From Bacteroidota bacterium (GTDB lineage Bacteria > Bacteroidota > Ignavibacteria > SZUA-365): a stretch of DNA of 36,752 bases. Positions 26,064 to 36,345 of this stretch are shown piece by piece (the stretch's first letter is position 1; every line of letters begins with the position of its first letter). Below the pieces are notes generated by a model that was not told the DNA's origin, searched no databases, and saw only the letters and a list, made by a program, of their open reading frames with translations. Made by a program: the position numbers and the translations under genes. The DNA lies in assembly GCA_018224345.1 (NCBI GenBank), contig JAGTUW010000033.1, positions 1-36,752 of the forward strand, written 5' to 3'.

Positions 26064-29000
26064 ATGGAAAGCACAGCATACACATCGAAGCACAATATCC
26101 GTCTCGTTACAGCCGCATCGCTCTTCGACGGGCATGATGCGAGCATCAACATCATGCGCCGCATTCTGCAGGCCGGCGGGGCGGAGATCATCCATCTCGG
26201 ACACAACCGCTCCGTTGCCGAGATTGTCGATGCCGCGATCCAGGAGGATGTACAGGGGATTGCCATCTCTTCGTATCAGGGCGGACATATGGAATACCTC
26301 AAGTACATGAAGGATTTGCTCGTGCAACGGGGTGCAGCGCATATCCGGTTGTTTGCGGGCGGGGGTGGTGTCATTGTTCCGGAAGAAATTGCGGAACTGC
26401 ATGCCTACGGAATCGATCGTGTGTTCTCTCCCGAGGATGGCCGCGAGCTCGGTCTGCAGGGAATGATCAACGTCGTTCTCGAGACCTGTGATTTTGCAGC
26501 GGGGCAGGATGAGAGGCTGCGTATCGAGGAAGAACACATGTTCATCGACGGAAAACCGTTGAGTACATCGAACGGTGTGTTGCTGCGTGACAGGAAGCTC
26601 CTCGCTGTCGCCCTGACAGCACTCGAACACCATGACGAGGTGGAGGTCCCGCTTCCGGATGAGCGCGTTGTACCCGTCCTGGGCATCACCGGCACCGGTG
26701 GCGCAGGGAAAAGTTCACTGACCGATGAAATCGTGCGGCGCTTTCTGCAGTCTTTTTCCGATATGCATATCGCCATACTCTCGGTCGATCCTTCGAAGCG
26801 ACGGACTGGCGGAGCGTTACTCGGTGACCGGATCAGGATGAATGCGATTGCGGCGACCGAGCCGGAAGGACATCCGCGGGTCTTCATGCGGAGTTTCGCG
26901 ACCCGGGCAGCCAACACCGCGACATCGCGGGCACTGCACCGTGCCATCGATCTGTGCAAAACCGCAGGCTACGATCTCGTGATTGTAGAAACCGCCGGGA
27001 TAGGGCAGAGCGATTCGGAAATTGTGGATCTCGTCGACGTGAGCATGTACGTGATGACACCGGAATACGGTGCGCAGACACAGCTAGAGAAAATCGACAT
27101 GCTCGATCTTGCGGATATTGTCGTGCTCAACAAGTACGAGAAGCGCGGGGCCGAGGATGCCTTGCGGGACATACGCAAACAGTACAAGCGCAATCGAACA
27201 ATCTTCGATGTCGCTGATGACGAGCTTCCGGTGTATCCGACCATTGCCAGCCAATTCAACGACGTCGGTACACATCACCTGTTCTGGAATATCGTGCGGA
27301 CCCTCGGTGCTCAGACCGGTGTCACATGGACAACGGAATTCGGACGCGAACGTCTGCTGCCGGACAAGGCGGCGGTGATCCCACCGGAACGCGCGCGTTA
27401 CCTTTCGGAAATCGCCGATTCTGTGCAGGACTATAAAACGTGGGTGGAGGAACAGGCGGAGTTCGCTCGACGGTGGGGACAGCTCGAAGGTGCGCGGGTC
27501 GCACTGGTCGAAGCCACAGACCGGAGGGAGTTGAATATTTCCGGCGCTGGCGGGGTCGTGGAAATTTCATCGATCGAAGTGCGGCAGGATCTGTTCAATC
27601 TGCTCGATACTCAGATTGAATATTTCCGTGCGAACATAGCAGCGGAGAATCTCGCCCTGCTCGATCAATGGGAGGATGCACGTGAAGCATACGCGAAGGA
27701 GACGCTGACGACGCGTACCCGCGACCGCGAGATCGTGACCACGTTGCACCACACGACGCTCTCGGGGACGCGCGTACCCAAGGTCTCCCTGCCCCGCTAC
27801 CGGGATCGGGGAGATATCCTGCGATGGATTCTGCTCGAGAATGTCCCGGGCAGCTATCCCTACACTGCGGGCGTGTTTCCATTCAAGCGGGAGAATGAGG
27901 ATCCGACGCGCATGTTTGCCGGGGAAGGGACTCCCGAACGTACCAACCGGCGCTTTCATTATGTCAGTGAAGGACTCCCCGCCGCACGTCTTTCCACGGC
28001 CTTCGACTCGGTCACGCTCTACGGCGAGGACCCTGATGAGCGTCCGGACATCTACGGAAAAATCGGCAATGCCGGTGTAAGTATCTGTACGCTCGACGAC
28101 ATGAAGAAGCTTTACTGCGGGTTCGATCTGACTGCGCCGACGACATCAGTTTCCATGACCATCAACGGGCCTGCGCCGATGATACTCGCCATGTTCATGA
28201 ATACCGCCATCGATCAGGAAGTCGAAAAGTGGCTGGTACGCAACGGTGTGTTCGAGCAGGCGCAACAGGCCATCGATGCTCACTATGCCTCGTTGAACAT
28301 TTCGCGTCCGGTGTATACCGGTATCGGGGATGTTGCCGGCATGTTGCGCGAACTCAATAATCCAGCGCTGCTTGAGGAAGGCCAGGTCCACCGTTATTTC
28401 GGCCTCGGAACTCTGGGTGTGTCGGGGGATTTCTTCGTCGGGAACGGTATCCTCCCGGAAGAGGAGTACGCGCGTATACGCAGTGAAGCGATGTCCGTCG
28501 TCCGCGGTACCGTCCAGGCCGACATTCTCAAGGAAGACCAGGCACAGAACACATGCATATTTTCTACCGAATTTGCATTGCGCATGATGGGCGATATTCA
28601 GGAAAACTTCGTGCGCAACCGTGTCCGCAATTACTATTCCGTTTCCATCAGCGGGTATCACATCGCCGAGGCAGGCGCCAATCCGATATCCCAACTGGCT
28701 TTCACGCTCGCGAACGGCTTCACCTATGCGGAGTATTACCTCTCACGCGGTATGCACATAGATGAATTCGCTCCGAATCTCTCTTATTTTTTCTCGAACG
28801 GAGTCGACGCCGAGTATGCAGTGATAGGACGCGTTGCACGCCGCATATGGTCGGTTGCCATGAAGCGGCTTTATGGGGGAAATGACCGCTCACAGAAACT
28901 CAAATACCATATACAGACCAGCGGACGCAGTCTGCACGCGATGGAAATCGATTTCAACGACATCCGTACAACGTTGCAGGCCTTGTACGCCATCTATGAC

Positions 29001-29609
29001 AACTGCAATTCATTGCATACCAATGCGTATGACGAAGCGATTACCACGCCGACCGAGGAAAGTGTACGGCGCGCCCTGGCCATACAGATGATTATCAACA
29101 AGGAGCTCGGTCTCGCCAGAAACGAAAATCCTCTGCAGGGGGCTTTCATTATCGAGGAACTGACCGATCTCGTCGAAGAAGCCGTGCTCCTGGAATTCCG
29201 TCGCATCTCGGATCGCGGTGGTGTGCTCGGCGCGATGGAGACGATGTATCAGCGGGGGAAAATTCAGGAGGAATCAATGCTGTATGAGCACAGGAAACAT
29301 TCCGGTGAACTCCCCATCGTCGGCGTCAATATGTTCCTGCGCAAACGGAATCCCGGCGATGCGGAAATGCAGCCACCTGAACTGATGCGTTCCACCGAGG
29401 CCGAAAAGCTGCAGCAGATCGAAAACCTGCGTGCTTTCCAGCAGCGTAATGCCACCGCTTCCCCCGAGGCAATCTCATCAGTGCAGCACGCCGCACAGGA
29501 GCATCGCAATGTCTTCGATGCGTTGCTCGAATGTGTCAAAGTCGCTTCGCTCGGACAAATATCCACCGGCCTCTATGATGTCGGAGGACAGTACAGGAGA
29601 AATATGTGA
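26064..29609 (+). CDS. icmF: Fused isobutyryl-CoA mutase / MeaB-like GTPase IcmF (B12-dependent)
   Basis: B12 domain [15 protein letters not shown]; GTPase [21 protein letters not shown] and ETAGIGQ; mutase [33 protein letters not shown] and HIQTSGRSL; C-terminal [12 protein letters not shown] at 26064. Confidence 0.95.
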   Translation: MESTAYTSKHNIRLVTAASLFDGHDASINIMRRILQAGGAEIIHLGHNRSVAEIVDAAIQEDVQGIAISSYQGGHMEYLKYMKDLLVQRGAAHIRLFAGGGGVIVPEEIAELHAYGIDRVFSPEDGRELGLQGMINVVLETCDFAAGQDERLRIEEEHMFIDGKPLSTSNGVLLRDRKLLAVALTALEHHDEVEVPLPDERVVPVLGITGTGGAGKSSLTDEIVRRFLQSFSDMHIAILSVDPSKRRTGGALLGDRIRMNAIAATEPEGHPRVFMRSFATRAANTATSRALHRAIDLCKTAGYDLVIVETAGIGQSDSEIVDLVDVSMYVMTPEYGAQTQLEKIDMLDLADIVVLNKYEKRGAEDALRDIRKQYKRNRTIFDVADDELPVYPTIASQFNDVGTHHLFWNIVRTLGAQTGVTWTTEFGRERLLPDKAAVIPPERARYLSEIADSVQDYKTWVEEQAEFARRWGQLEGARVALVEATDRRELNISGAGGVVEISSIEVRQDLFNLLDTQIEYFRANIAAENLALLDQWEDAREAYAKETLTTRTRDREIVTTLHHTTLSGTRVPKVSLPRYRDRGDILRWILLENVPGSYPYTAGVFPFKRENEDPTRMFAGEGTPERTNRRFHYVSEGLPAARLSTAFDSVTLYGEDPDERPDIYGKIGNAGVSICTLDDMKKLYCGFDLTAPTTSVSMTINGPAPMILAMFMNTAIDQEVEKWLVRNGVFEQAQQAIDAHYASLNISRPVYTGIGDVAGMLRELNNPALLEEGQVHRYFGLGTLGVSGDFFVGNGILPEEEYARIRSEAMSVVRGTVQADILKEDQAQNTCIFSTEFALRMMGDIQENFVRNRVRNYYSVSISGYHIAEAGANPISQLAFTLANGFTYAEYYLSRGMHIDEFAPNLSYFFSNGVDAEYAVIGRVARRIWSVAMKRLYGGNDRSQKLKYHIQTSGRSLHAMEIDFNDIRTTLQALYAIYDNCNSLHTNAYDEAITTPTEESVRRALAIQMIINKELGLARNENPLQGAFIIEELTDLVEEAVLLEFRRISDRGGVLGAMETMYQRGKIQEESMLYEHRKHSGELPIVGVNMFLRKRNPGDAEMQPPELMRSTEAEKLQQIENLRAFQQRNATASPEAISSVQHAAQEHRNVFDALLECVKVASLGQISTGLYDVGGQYRRNM

Positions 29610-29687
29610 TATGGGTGGACACGAACACAGAAATCTCCCGTCCACCAGCCGTTGTGCGGTGTACCGGATGAAGACGGAGCGCCCGCG

Positions 29688-30539
29688 ATGAATCTATCGA
29701 CGCGACAGAAAATACGTATCGCAAACATGCTCTACCGGTCGCTCCGTTTTTTTGGCGTTCGTCGTCATCGCAGCAAGGTCATCGATGGCATTACATACGA
29801 ACTGGATCTTGCCGAGGGGATTGATCTGTCTCTCTTTCTTTTCGGGTCCTTTCAGAAGCATGTCCTTCCTGACGTCGTCCCTGTGGATGTACCAGTCACG
29901 ATCCTCGATGTCGGTGCGAATGCCGGAGTGATGAGTCTGCAATATGCGCGGAAATTTCCGCTTGCGACAATACATGCATTCGAACCGTCGGATTACGCGA
30001 ACGAGCGTTTCGATCGGAATCTGCACGTGAACCCCGGACTGGCCTCGCGGATACACCGCGTAAAGACATTTGTCTCCGATACCGTCGATGTGAGCGAGTC
30101 CTATGTCAGCTATTCGAGTTGGCGTATCGATTCCCTCCGGGGAGAGCGGCACCCTGTGCATCTCGGTAGTTCGCATGCTACGGTCGACCGCTATCTGACC
30201 ATCGACGCCTACTGCGAGACTGAGGGGATTGACGACGTCGCGTTCATCAAAATCGATACTGACGGCTACGAATACGAAGTGCTGCGCGGCGCCGCAAGCA
30301 CGATCTCGATACAGCGCCCTGCCGTGGTTTTCGAACTGGCCACCTATATACTTGAGGAGCGGGGTATTGCATGGCCGGAACTGATTGCGCCACTCACTGC
30401 GCATGGGTATGTCTTCTCGGACTCACGGACCGGCAGACGGATTGACGACCGCCTCCTCGACGTACCCGTTCCCCGCGCCGGCTCCATCGATGTTCTTGCC
30501 CTGCCACCCGAAGCGTCCGCGGGCCGTCGCACGGGGTAG
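29688..30539 (+). CDS. FkbM-family SAM-dependent methyltransferase
   Basis: ILDVGANAG, HAFEP, TIDAY and FIKIDTDGYEYEVLRGA. ATG at 29688 follows GGAG. Confidence 0.88.
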   Translation: MNLSTRQKIRIANMLYRSLRFFGVRRHRSKVIDGITYELDLAEGIDLSLFLFGSFQKHVLPDVVPVDVPVTILDVGANAGVMSLQYARKFPLATIHAFEPSDYANERFDRNLHVNPGLASRIHRVKTFVSDTVDVSESYVSYSSWRIDSLRGERHPVHLGSSHATVDRYLTIDAYCETEGIDDVAFIKIDTDGYEYEVLRGAASTISIQRPAVVFELATYILEERGIAWPELIAPLTAHGYVFSDSRTGRRIDDRLLDVPVPRAGSIDVLALPPEASAGRRTG

Positions 30540-30601
30540 ATCCCGGGCGGGGCACGGGACAATCCTCCCCGGAGAGTAATAAGGAAACGCAGAGGATGAC
30601 G

Positions 30602-31672
30602 CTATCGGAGTGTATGTTCGCGCGCACGTCGTTCCAGTGCGTTGGAGATGACCATCTGACGGAGTGCACGCAGGCGTCGGGCAAGTGGTGAACCTTCTGC
30701 TTCAGTGTCACTGAGCTGCTCGAATACCTCCGATCCGGAGAGAAAGAATCCATCACTGGTATCTGGCAGAATGAAGGGGAGATACAGCATTGTTGCCGCC
30801 CTGGCGAGACTGTTGCCGGGCCGGGAGAGAACAGGAATCCAGGGCATACCGTCGGCTGCGTAGGTATCGACATCACGCATTGCAAAAAACAGCTTTGTTT
30901 CACTTCCCGCTTCATTTCTGTATGCAGCAAACAAGGTGTCATTGACTGCTGCTCCGGGCGCATTCTGCCGGTCAGGCGCAGACAGTATACCGCCATCGAG
31001 CTGCCGGATATACATCATCGGGGTGTGTCCCCTGCCCAGTCGTGCCTCCAGCGCTCCGGAGAAGACCCCACGGATATCTTCAAGCAGTTGCAGCCAGTCT
31101 GTGGCCGACACGGCCGGGTTTCCGAACAGCCCGTCGAGCAACAGTGCGTCTGCGCCGCATTCCCGCGCGATTGCCGCGATGTCGAGGAGCATGTCGCGAT
31201 ACTGCTGGAGAAAGCTGCTCGTGATCTTCACCGGGGGTTGATCATGCATTGTGCTGCCGTCCCAGTACACAGGGGAAAGGCTGACACCGAGGCCTGCAGC
31301 ACGCGCCTGCCTCACGATATCCTGCACACGGATGAAATCGAAGCCATCGTATTCGAGGCGGCGGGGGGAGGGTATCCACAGCGGCAGGCGGATGAGAATC
31401 CAGTTCACGCCATTCGCATGTAATTGTACACAGGCGGCAGCATTCACGCGATTGCGCAGCTCCTCGATCGGCAACACGGGGAGGGCGAGTCCTCTTCTCA
31501 TGCTGATATTTTTTCCTGTATCCAGTGAAACGGCAGCCGGAATCGTCTCTTGTTCCTGCGGAGAGAACCAGCCGGCCTGCCCTGCAAACCACAGCAGGGC
31601 AGCGACCATCACCGCAGCGATAAACCATGTCGCGGCGCGTTCTTTTGCCGGACGAAGCTCATTCTCCAGCAT
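30602..31672 (-). CDS. Membrane-anchored GH113-like TIM-barrel protein, apparently degenerate
   Basis: N-terminal TM (TWFIAAVMVAALLWF); L.ANGVNWI, IVRQARAAGLGVSLSP, F..QYRDML..IA.IA.E.GADAL and W.QLLEDIRGVFSG follow the GH113-like pattern. The ATG at 31672 overlaps the end of mfd. Confidence 0.6.
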   Translation of the reverse strand: MLENELRPAKERAATWFIAAVMVAALLWFAGQAGWFSPQEQETIPAAVSLDTGKNISMRRGLALPVLPIEELRNRVNAAACVQLHANGVNWILIRLPLWIPSPRRLEYDGFDFIRVQDIVRQARAAGLGVSLSPVYWDGSTMHDQPPVKITSSFLQQYRDMLLDIAAIARECGADALLLDGLFGNPAVSATDWLQLLEDIRGVFSGALEARLGRGHTPMMYIRQLDGGILSAPDRQNAPGAAVNDTLFAAYRNEAGSETKLFFAMRDVDTYAADGMPWIPVLSRPGNSLARAATMLYLPFILPDTSDGFFLSGSEVFEQLSDTEAEGSPLARRLRALRQMVISNALERRAREHTLR

Positions 31673-34600
31673 TGGTGACAACCTCCTCCATCTCCAGCAT
31701 CAATGTACGCACTTCTTCGGGGGATTTGATATTGTTGACGAGAATGCGGACCTGCTTGTTGTCCTGCTCCATTTTCACGCGTTCGCGGTTCGTGAGCACC
31801 CAGGCCATAAGGGTTTGAAAATGGCGTTCGTAGAATACTTCGTCATCGGGCGGGGGCATAGCGATGTTCAGGCGAGTCTGCTCAAGTGTTACACGGGCGA
31901 GCCGGATACGTGCGGCGATCAGACGAACGCGTACGGAATACAGCAGATCCTGTGCTTCGCGGGGAAGCACGCCGAAACGATCCGTGAGCTCGGCTGCGAT
32001 CTCATCGATTTCTTCGTCGGTCTCGCAATTATAGAGTCGTTTGTACAGGTCGAAGCGCTCGGTTGCGTTCCGCACGTAGCCGTGCGGCAGATAGGAGTCG
32101 AGACCGAGTTCCATGACCACATCGGCACGAGGACGCAACGGCCGTTCCTCATCGGGAAACAGGCCGGCGAATTCCTCCGCCTTCAACTCCTGTACTGCTT
32201 CATCGAGTGTGGCCATGTAGAGATCGAAGCCGATCTCACTGATAAAGCCGCTTTGTTCGGCGCCAAGCAGATTCCCGGCGCCGCGGATTTCCATATCACG
32301 CATCGCAAGCTGGAATCCCGTCCCGAGTTCGGAAAACTCCTCGATGGCCTGCAGCCGCTTGAGTGCTTCGCGCGTGAATTTCACACGGGGAGAGAACAGC
32401 AGATAGGCATAGGCCTGCACATTCGACCGGCCCACGCGGCCGCGCAGTTGATACAGTTCGGCCAGCCCGAAATGATGCGCCTTGTTGATGAAAATTGTGT
32501 TCGCATTCGGGATATCAAGGCCGCTTTCTATAATTTTTGTGGCGACCAGCACATCGATCTTCTTCTCCATGAATCGCAGCATGACGCGTTCAAGTTCACT
32601 TCCCTTCATTTGTCCGTGTGCGACAGATATGCGCACACCGGGAAGATACCCGCGGAGGGTGTCGGCAAGTTCCTCGAGATCCTGAACACGGTCGTTGACA
32701 AAAAAGATCTGTCCGCCACGTTCGAGTTCGCGTTCGACTCCCTCGACGATGGCCTCGCGTTCGAATTGAAGGATATGTGTCTCGATCGGGAGCCTGTTTT
32801 TCGGTGGTGTTTCTATTATGGAAAGATCGCGGGCTCCGAGCAGGGAGAAATTGAGCGTACGAGGAATCGGGGTTGCGGTCATGGTGAGCGTGTCGACGTT
32901 ACTCCGGAGTTGCCTCAGTTTTTCCTTGGCGGTCACACCGAAACGATGCTCCTCGTCGATAATGAGCAGGCCGAGATTTCTGAAATCGATATCCTTGCTG
33001 AGCAGGCGATGCGTTCCGATGAGAATATCGATGGAAGCGCGGGACAGTTTCGCTATGACATCTTTCTGTTCCCTGGTCGATTTGAAGCGGGAGATCGATT
33101 CCACCACCACAGAGTAGCGGTGCAGGCGATCATGGAAGGTGTGGTAATGCTGTTGAGCGAGAATGGTTGTGGGGACGAGCACGGCAACCTGCTTTCCGTC
33201 GAGTACTGCCTTGAACGCCGCACGCACAGCCACTTCCGTTTTCCCATAGCCGACATCTCCACAGACCAGCCGGTCCATCGGCACCGGTTGCTCCATGTCG
33301 CGTTTGACGTCCACCGTCGCTTTCGCCTGATCCGGTGTATCTTCGTAAAGAAATGACGCCTCCATTTCCTTTTGCCAGCTCGTGTCGGACGAGAACGCAT
33401 GTCCTTCGGACAGCTTGCGTTGAGCATAGAGTTGTATCAGGTCGCGGGCGATGTCTTTGAGTCGCTTCCTGGTTTTTGCGCGCATGCGCTCCCAGGCACC
33501 GCTGCCGAGCCTGGAGAGTCGTGGCAGTTGTCCTTCTTCCGAACTGTACTTCTGTAACTTGTTGATGTAGTTCAGATTCACGTACAGCGTGTCTTCTTCA
33601 GCGTACACGAGTTTCGCTGTTTCCTGCAACCCGCCATTGACGGTGATGGTTTCGAAACCGAGGAATTTCCCTATTCCCTTGTCCGCATGGACCACGTAAT
33701 CACCGATGCGGAGTTGTTTCATATCACGGAGTGACAGTCCCTTGATGCCCCTGGCCGTCCGTTTTTGAATATGGCGCCGATTGAAGATCTGATGTTCGGT
33801 AAGCACAGCCAGCCCGAGAGACGGCAGGATAAAGCCTTCGGTAAGAGGGCAGTAATGCAGATGGTACGCGGCCGACTCAGGTGGTAGCGGGTCATCGTCA
33901 GCGACCTCTACGGCACTGTGCAGCAGTTCTTCGAGACGCTGCATTTGCTCGACCGAGTCGGCAACGAGATGCACTGCCATTCCGCGCTCAGTGAGTTGCG
34001 CGATCGTCTCCCGCAGTTGGCGGATAGAGCCGTTCATCGAAGGCTGGGATTCGCTCGCCCCCTCCACTGTTGCGCCGCACTGTTGCGGGACAACGGAATA
34101 CATCAGCGAGGGGAAGCGTGCTTTCAGCGCTATGGGTAATTCCGCCTGATCCGATTCCGCCACGCGTTGTATGATTTCATCCATACCGTCAAAAACCAGC
34201 ATTGCGCGGGTATCGAAAAAATCGTCCATACGGCTACGTGTCAGCGATTCATCATCGAGGAAGAGGGAAGTGACGAAGGCGACGGTGTCGAGTTGATGAA
34301 GAGAGCGTTGCGACAGCGGATCAAACTCACGAATCGACTCGATATCGTCACCGAAAAATTCAAGACGGAGAGGATTGTCGAAGCCGACGGGAAAGATGTC
34401 GACGATGCCACCGCGCAGCGCAAATTCTCCGGTCGTGGAAACGAAATCCGCCTGTTCGAAGCCGCCGAAGGACAGTCGTTTGATAAGTTCAAGCTGGGGA
34501 ATGCACGGTCCCGGCTTCAGATGCACCGATTGTGCGCGTATATCCTTCACAGAGGGAAATTCTCTTGTGACGGTACGGATGTCGGTTACCACAAAGCGGT

Positions 34601-34979
34601 GTGGTGTGTCGGTCAGTGAGCGTAGTGCGTCAGCGTTTTCGGCAAAGGTGCTCGTGATGTTGCGGATTGTTTTCTGCATGCGCGAATATCGTTCACCGAT
34701 ATAGAGCACATCTTCGTCACCGAGAAGCAGAGAAAGATCACTCCACCGCTCCTGGGCGTTCTGGGCGTCAGGTGCAATCAGTACGAACTGCCTGTCCCCC
34801 CGTGTGAACAATTCCGCGAGCAGAATACTTTTCAATGACCCGTGCATCCCGCGCAATTGTACACAGGCGCCGGTGCCGGGCAAGGCCTTCGACAGTGTTT
34901 CGAGCAACGCTGAAGAGGAGATCGGAGAGAGAAAATCCAGTTGTGGCGTCGTTTCGGCGCGGGTGCTGACCGCGGTCAT
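31659..34979 (-). CDS. mfd: Transcription-repair coupling factor
   Basis: UvrB-like GEFALRGGIVDIFP; GDYVVH..GIGKF; ETPDQ-like EDTPDQ; CGDVGYGKTEVA; IDEEHRFGV; TATPIPRTL; QLRGRVGRS; RDMEIRGAGNLLG; DRFG in the TRCF domain. Confidence 0.97.
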   Translation of the reverse strand: MTAVSTRAETTPQLDFLSPISSSALLETLSKALPGTGACVQLRGMHGSLKSILLAELFTRGDRQFVLIAPDAQNAQERWSDLSLLLGDEDVLYIGERYSRMQKTIRNITSTFAENADALRSLTDTPHRFVVTDIRTVTREFPSVKDIRAQSVHLKPGPCIPQLELIKRLSFGGFEQADFVSTTGEFALRGGIVDIFPVGFDNPLRLEFFGDDIESIREFDPLSQRSLHQLDTVAFVTSLFLDDESLTRSRMDDFFDTRAMLVFDGMDEIIQRVAESDQAELPIALKARFPSLMYSVVPQQCGATVEGASESQPSMNGSIRQLRETIAQLTERGMAVHLVADSVEQMQRLEELLHSAVEVADDDPLPPESAAYHLHYCPLTEGFILPSLGLAVLTEHQIFNRRHIQKRTARGIKGLSLRDMKQLRIGDYVVHADKGIGKFLGFETITVNGGLQETAKLVYAEEDTLYVNLNYINKLQKYSSEEGQLPRLSRLGSGAWERMRAKTRKRLKDIARDLIQLYAQRKLSEGHAFSSDTSWQKEMEASFLYEDTPDQAKATVDVKRDMEQPVPMDRLVCGDVGYGKTEVAVRAAFKAVLDGKQVAVLVPTTILAQQHYHTFHDRLHRYSVVVESISRFKSTREQKDVIAKLSRASIDILIGTHRLLSKDIDFRNLGLLIIDEEHRFGVTAKEKLRQLRSNVDTLTMTATPIPRTLNFSLLGARDLSIIETPPKNRLPIETHILQFEREAIVEGVERELERGGQIFFVNDRVQDLEELADTLRGYLPGVRISVAHGQMKGSELERVMLRFMEKKIDVLVATKIIESGLDIPNANTIFINKAHHFGLAELYQLRGRVGRSNVQAYAYLLFSPRVKFTREALKRLQAIEEFSELGTGFQLAMRDMEIRGAGNLLGAEQSGFISEIGFDLYMATLDEAVQELKAEEFAGLFPDEERPLRPRADVVMELGLDSYLPHGYVRNATERFDLYKRLYNCETDEEIDEIAAELTDRFGVLPREAQDLLYSVRVRLIAARIRLARVTLEQTRLNIAMPPPDDEVFYERHFQTLMAWVLTNRERVKMEQDNKQVRILVNNIKSPEEVRTLMLEMEEVVTNAGE

Positions 34980-35302
34980 ACGTCGGATGCCTCCGATGCT
35001 TCTGGACAGAGACTGCGCAGATACGCGAAATCATAAATGCCCGTATGATGGCCATCGGCCCAGATCAACTGCAGGGCATAATGTCCCTGCTGCTTGATTT
35101 CGCTGATCGTCATCGCGTCGGCGGTGTACAATGGGATGTAAAATGGGCCCTTTGATTTTGCTTCCGTCGTGCAGACGGCGCAGGGACATTTCTTCCGCAG
35201 CAGGCTGAGGGGATAGTGACAGCTGAGGCCGTCGGTCCACGTAATGAGCAGAAGTTTCCCGTCTTCCGAGCGGCGGATACGGACTGGTACGGGTTGTGAC
35301 AT
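34976..35302 (-). CDS. DUF971 / GBBH-like N-terminal domain protein
   Basis: L.ITW.DG, LRKKCPCAVC and G.YALQL.WADGH.TGIY. ATGA overlap with mfd. Confidence 0.88.
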   Translation of the reverse strand: MSQPVPVRIRRSEDGKLLLITWTDGLSCHYPLSLLRKKCPCAVCTTEAKSKGPFYIPLYTADAMTISEIKQQGHYALQLIWADGHHTGIYDFAYLRSLCPEASEASDV

Positions 35303-35462
35303 GGTGCATATTCCATTGAATAATCTGGTCTATTACAAAAGATACGAATTCTTTGGACGTCGATCACGTTTACTGCGGTCTCGCATGACCGCAGCCCTGT
35401 TTTTGCCATTTTCTCTGCAGCTCCATGAATACCTGTTACATCAGAGGCGGTTTGAAAAAGCA

Positions 35463-35491
35463 TTGCCTTTGATGCGGTTTCAGGCTATTTT
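35463..35491 (+). promoter_or_regulatory. Candidate sigma70 promoter for pyrF-larC
   Basis: TTGCCT-N17-TATTTT, ending 38 nt upstream of the pyrF ATG. Confidence 0.45.
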
Positions 35492-35529
35492 TACATCTTA
35501 TATTGTCTTTCGCACATCCGGTTGGATTC

Positions 35530-36345
35530 ATGCATTTTTACGAAAAACTAGACGCCGCAACAAACGCAGCCGACAGTCTGCTGTGTGTCGGTCTCGATAC
35601 CGACCCCACCAAGCTGCCGGCACATCTCGGGACCGGCACTGATGCCATCATCCTCTTCAACCGCGCCATCGTCGAGGCGACAGCCGACCTGGTACAGAGC
35701 TACAAACTCAATCTGGCTTTCTATGAATCCATGGGGGCGGAAGGATATGAGGTCATTCGCGCGACGCTCGATGCCATTCCCGGGCATATCGTCACTATCG
35801 GCGATGCGAAACGGGGCGATATCGGCAATACCTCGTCGATGTATGCAAAAGCGATGTTCGAGGACTTCGGTTTTGATGCGACCACGGTGGCACCGTATAT
35901 GGGACGCGATTCCGTCGAACCGTTCCTGCGATATGGGAAACATGGCGTCTTCGTTCTTGCTCTGACATCGAACAAGGGATCAAAGGATTTTCAATATCTG
36001 AATGTCGACGGTGATCCATTGTACAAACATGTCGTCCGCACGCTTCTCGGCTGGAATTCGGAAAATAATCTCGGGCTGGTCGTCGGCGCGACGCATCCTT
36101 CGGAACTGGAAGAAATTCGCGCCATGGCAGGCGATGTGCCTCTGCTGATTCCCGGACTCGGGGCCCAGGGCGGCAATGTGGAATTGAGTGTTCGCGCCGG
36201 TTGCACTTCCGATGGAATGCGCGCGGTGTTCAATTCCAGTCGTGGTATCCTCTATGCATCCACCGGAGAGGATTTTGCCGAACACGCCCGTGCCGAAGCA
36301 TTGAAACTGAAGGAACAAATCAATTCCTGTCGCGGCCGGTCGTGA
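35530..36345 (+). CDS. pyrF: Orotidine-5'-phosphate decarboxylase (subfamily 2)
   Basis: LCVGLD, YKLNLAFYE, DAKRGDIGNTS, LTSN, GLVVGAT, LIPGLGAQGG and NSSRGILYA. ATG at 35530. Confidence 0.96.
   Translation: MHFYEKLDAATNAADSLLCVGLDTDPTKLPAHLGTGTDAIILFNRAIVEATADLVQSYKLNLAFYESMGAEGYEVIRATLDAIPGHIVTIGDAKRGDIGNTSSMYAKAMFEDFGFDATTVAPYMGRDSVEPFLRYGKHGVFVLALTSNKGSKDFQYLNVDGDPLYKHVVRTLLGWNSENNLGLVVGATHPSELEEIRAMAGDVPLLIPGLGAQGGNVELSVRAGCTSDGMRAVFNSSRGILYASTGEDFAEHARAEALKLKEQINSCRGRS

Noticed and set aside
31251-33356. 701-aa plus-strand ORF
   Set aside because: It is the antisense shadow of mfd, has no recognisable motifs, and is typical of codon bias in GC-rich genes.
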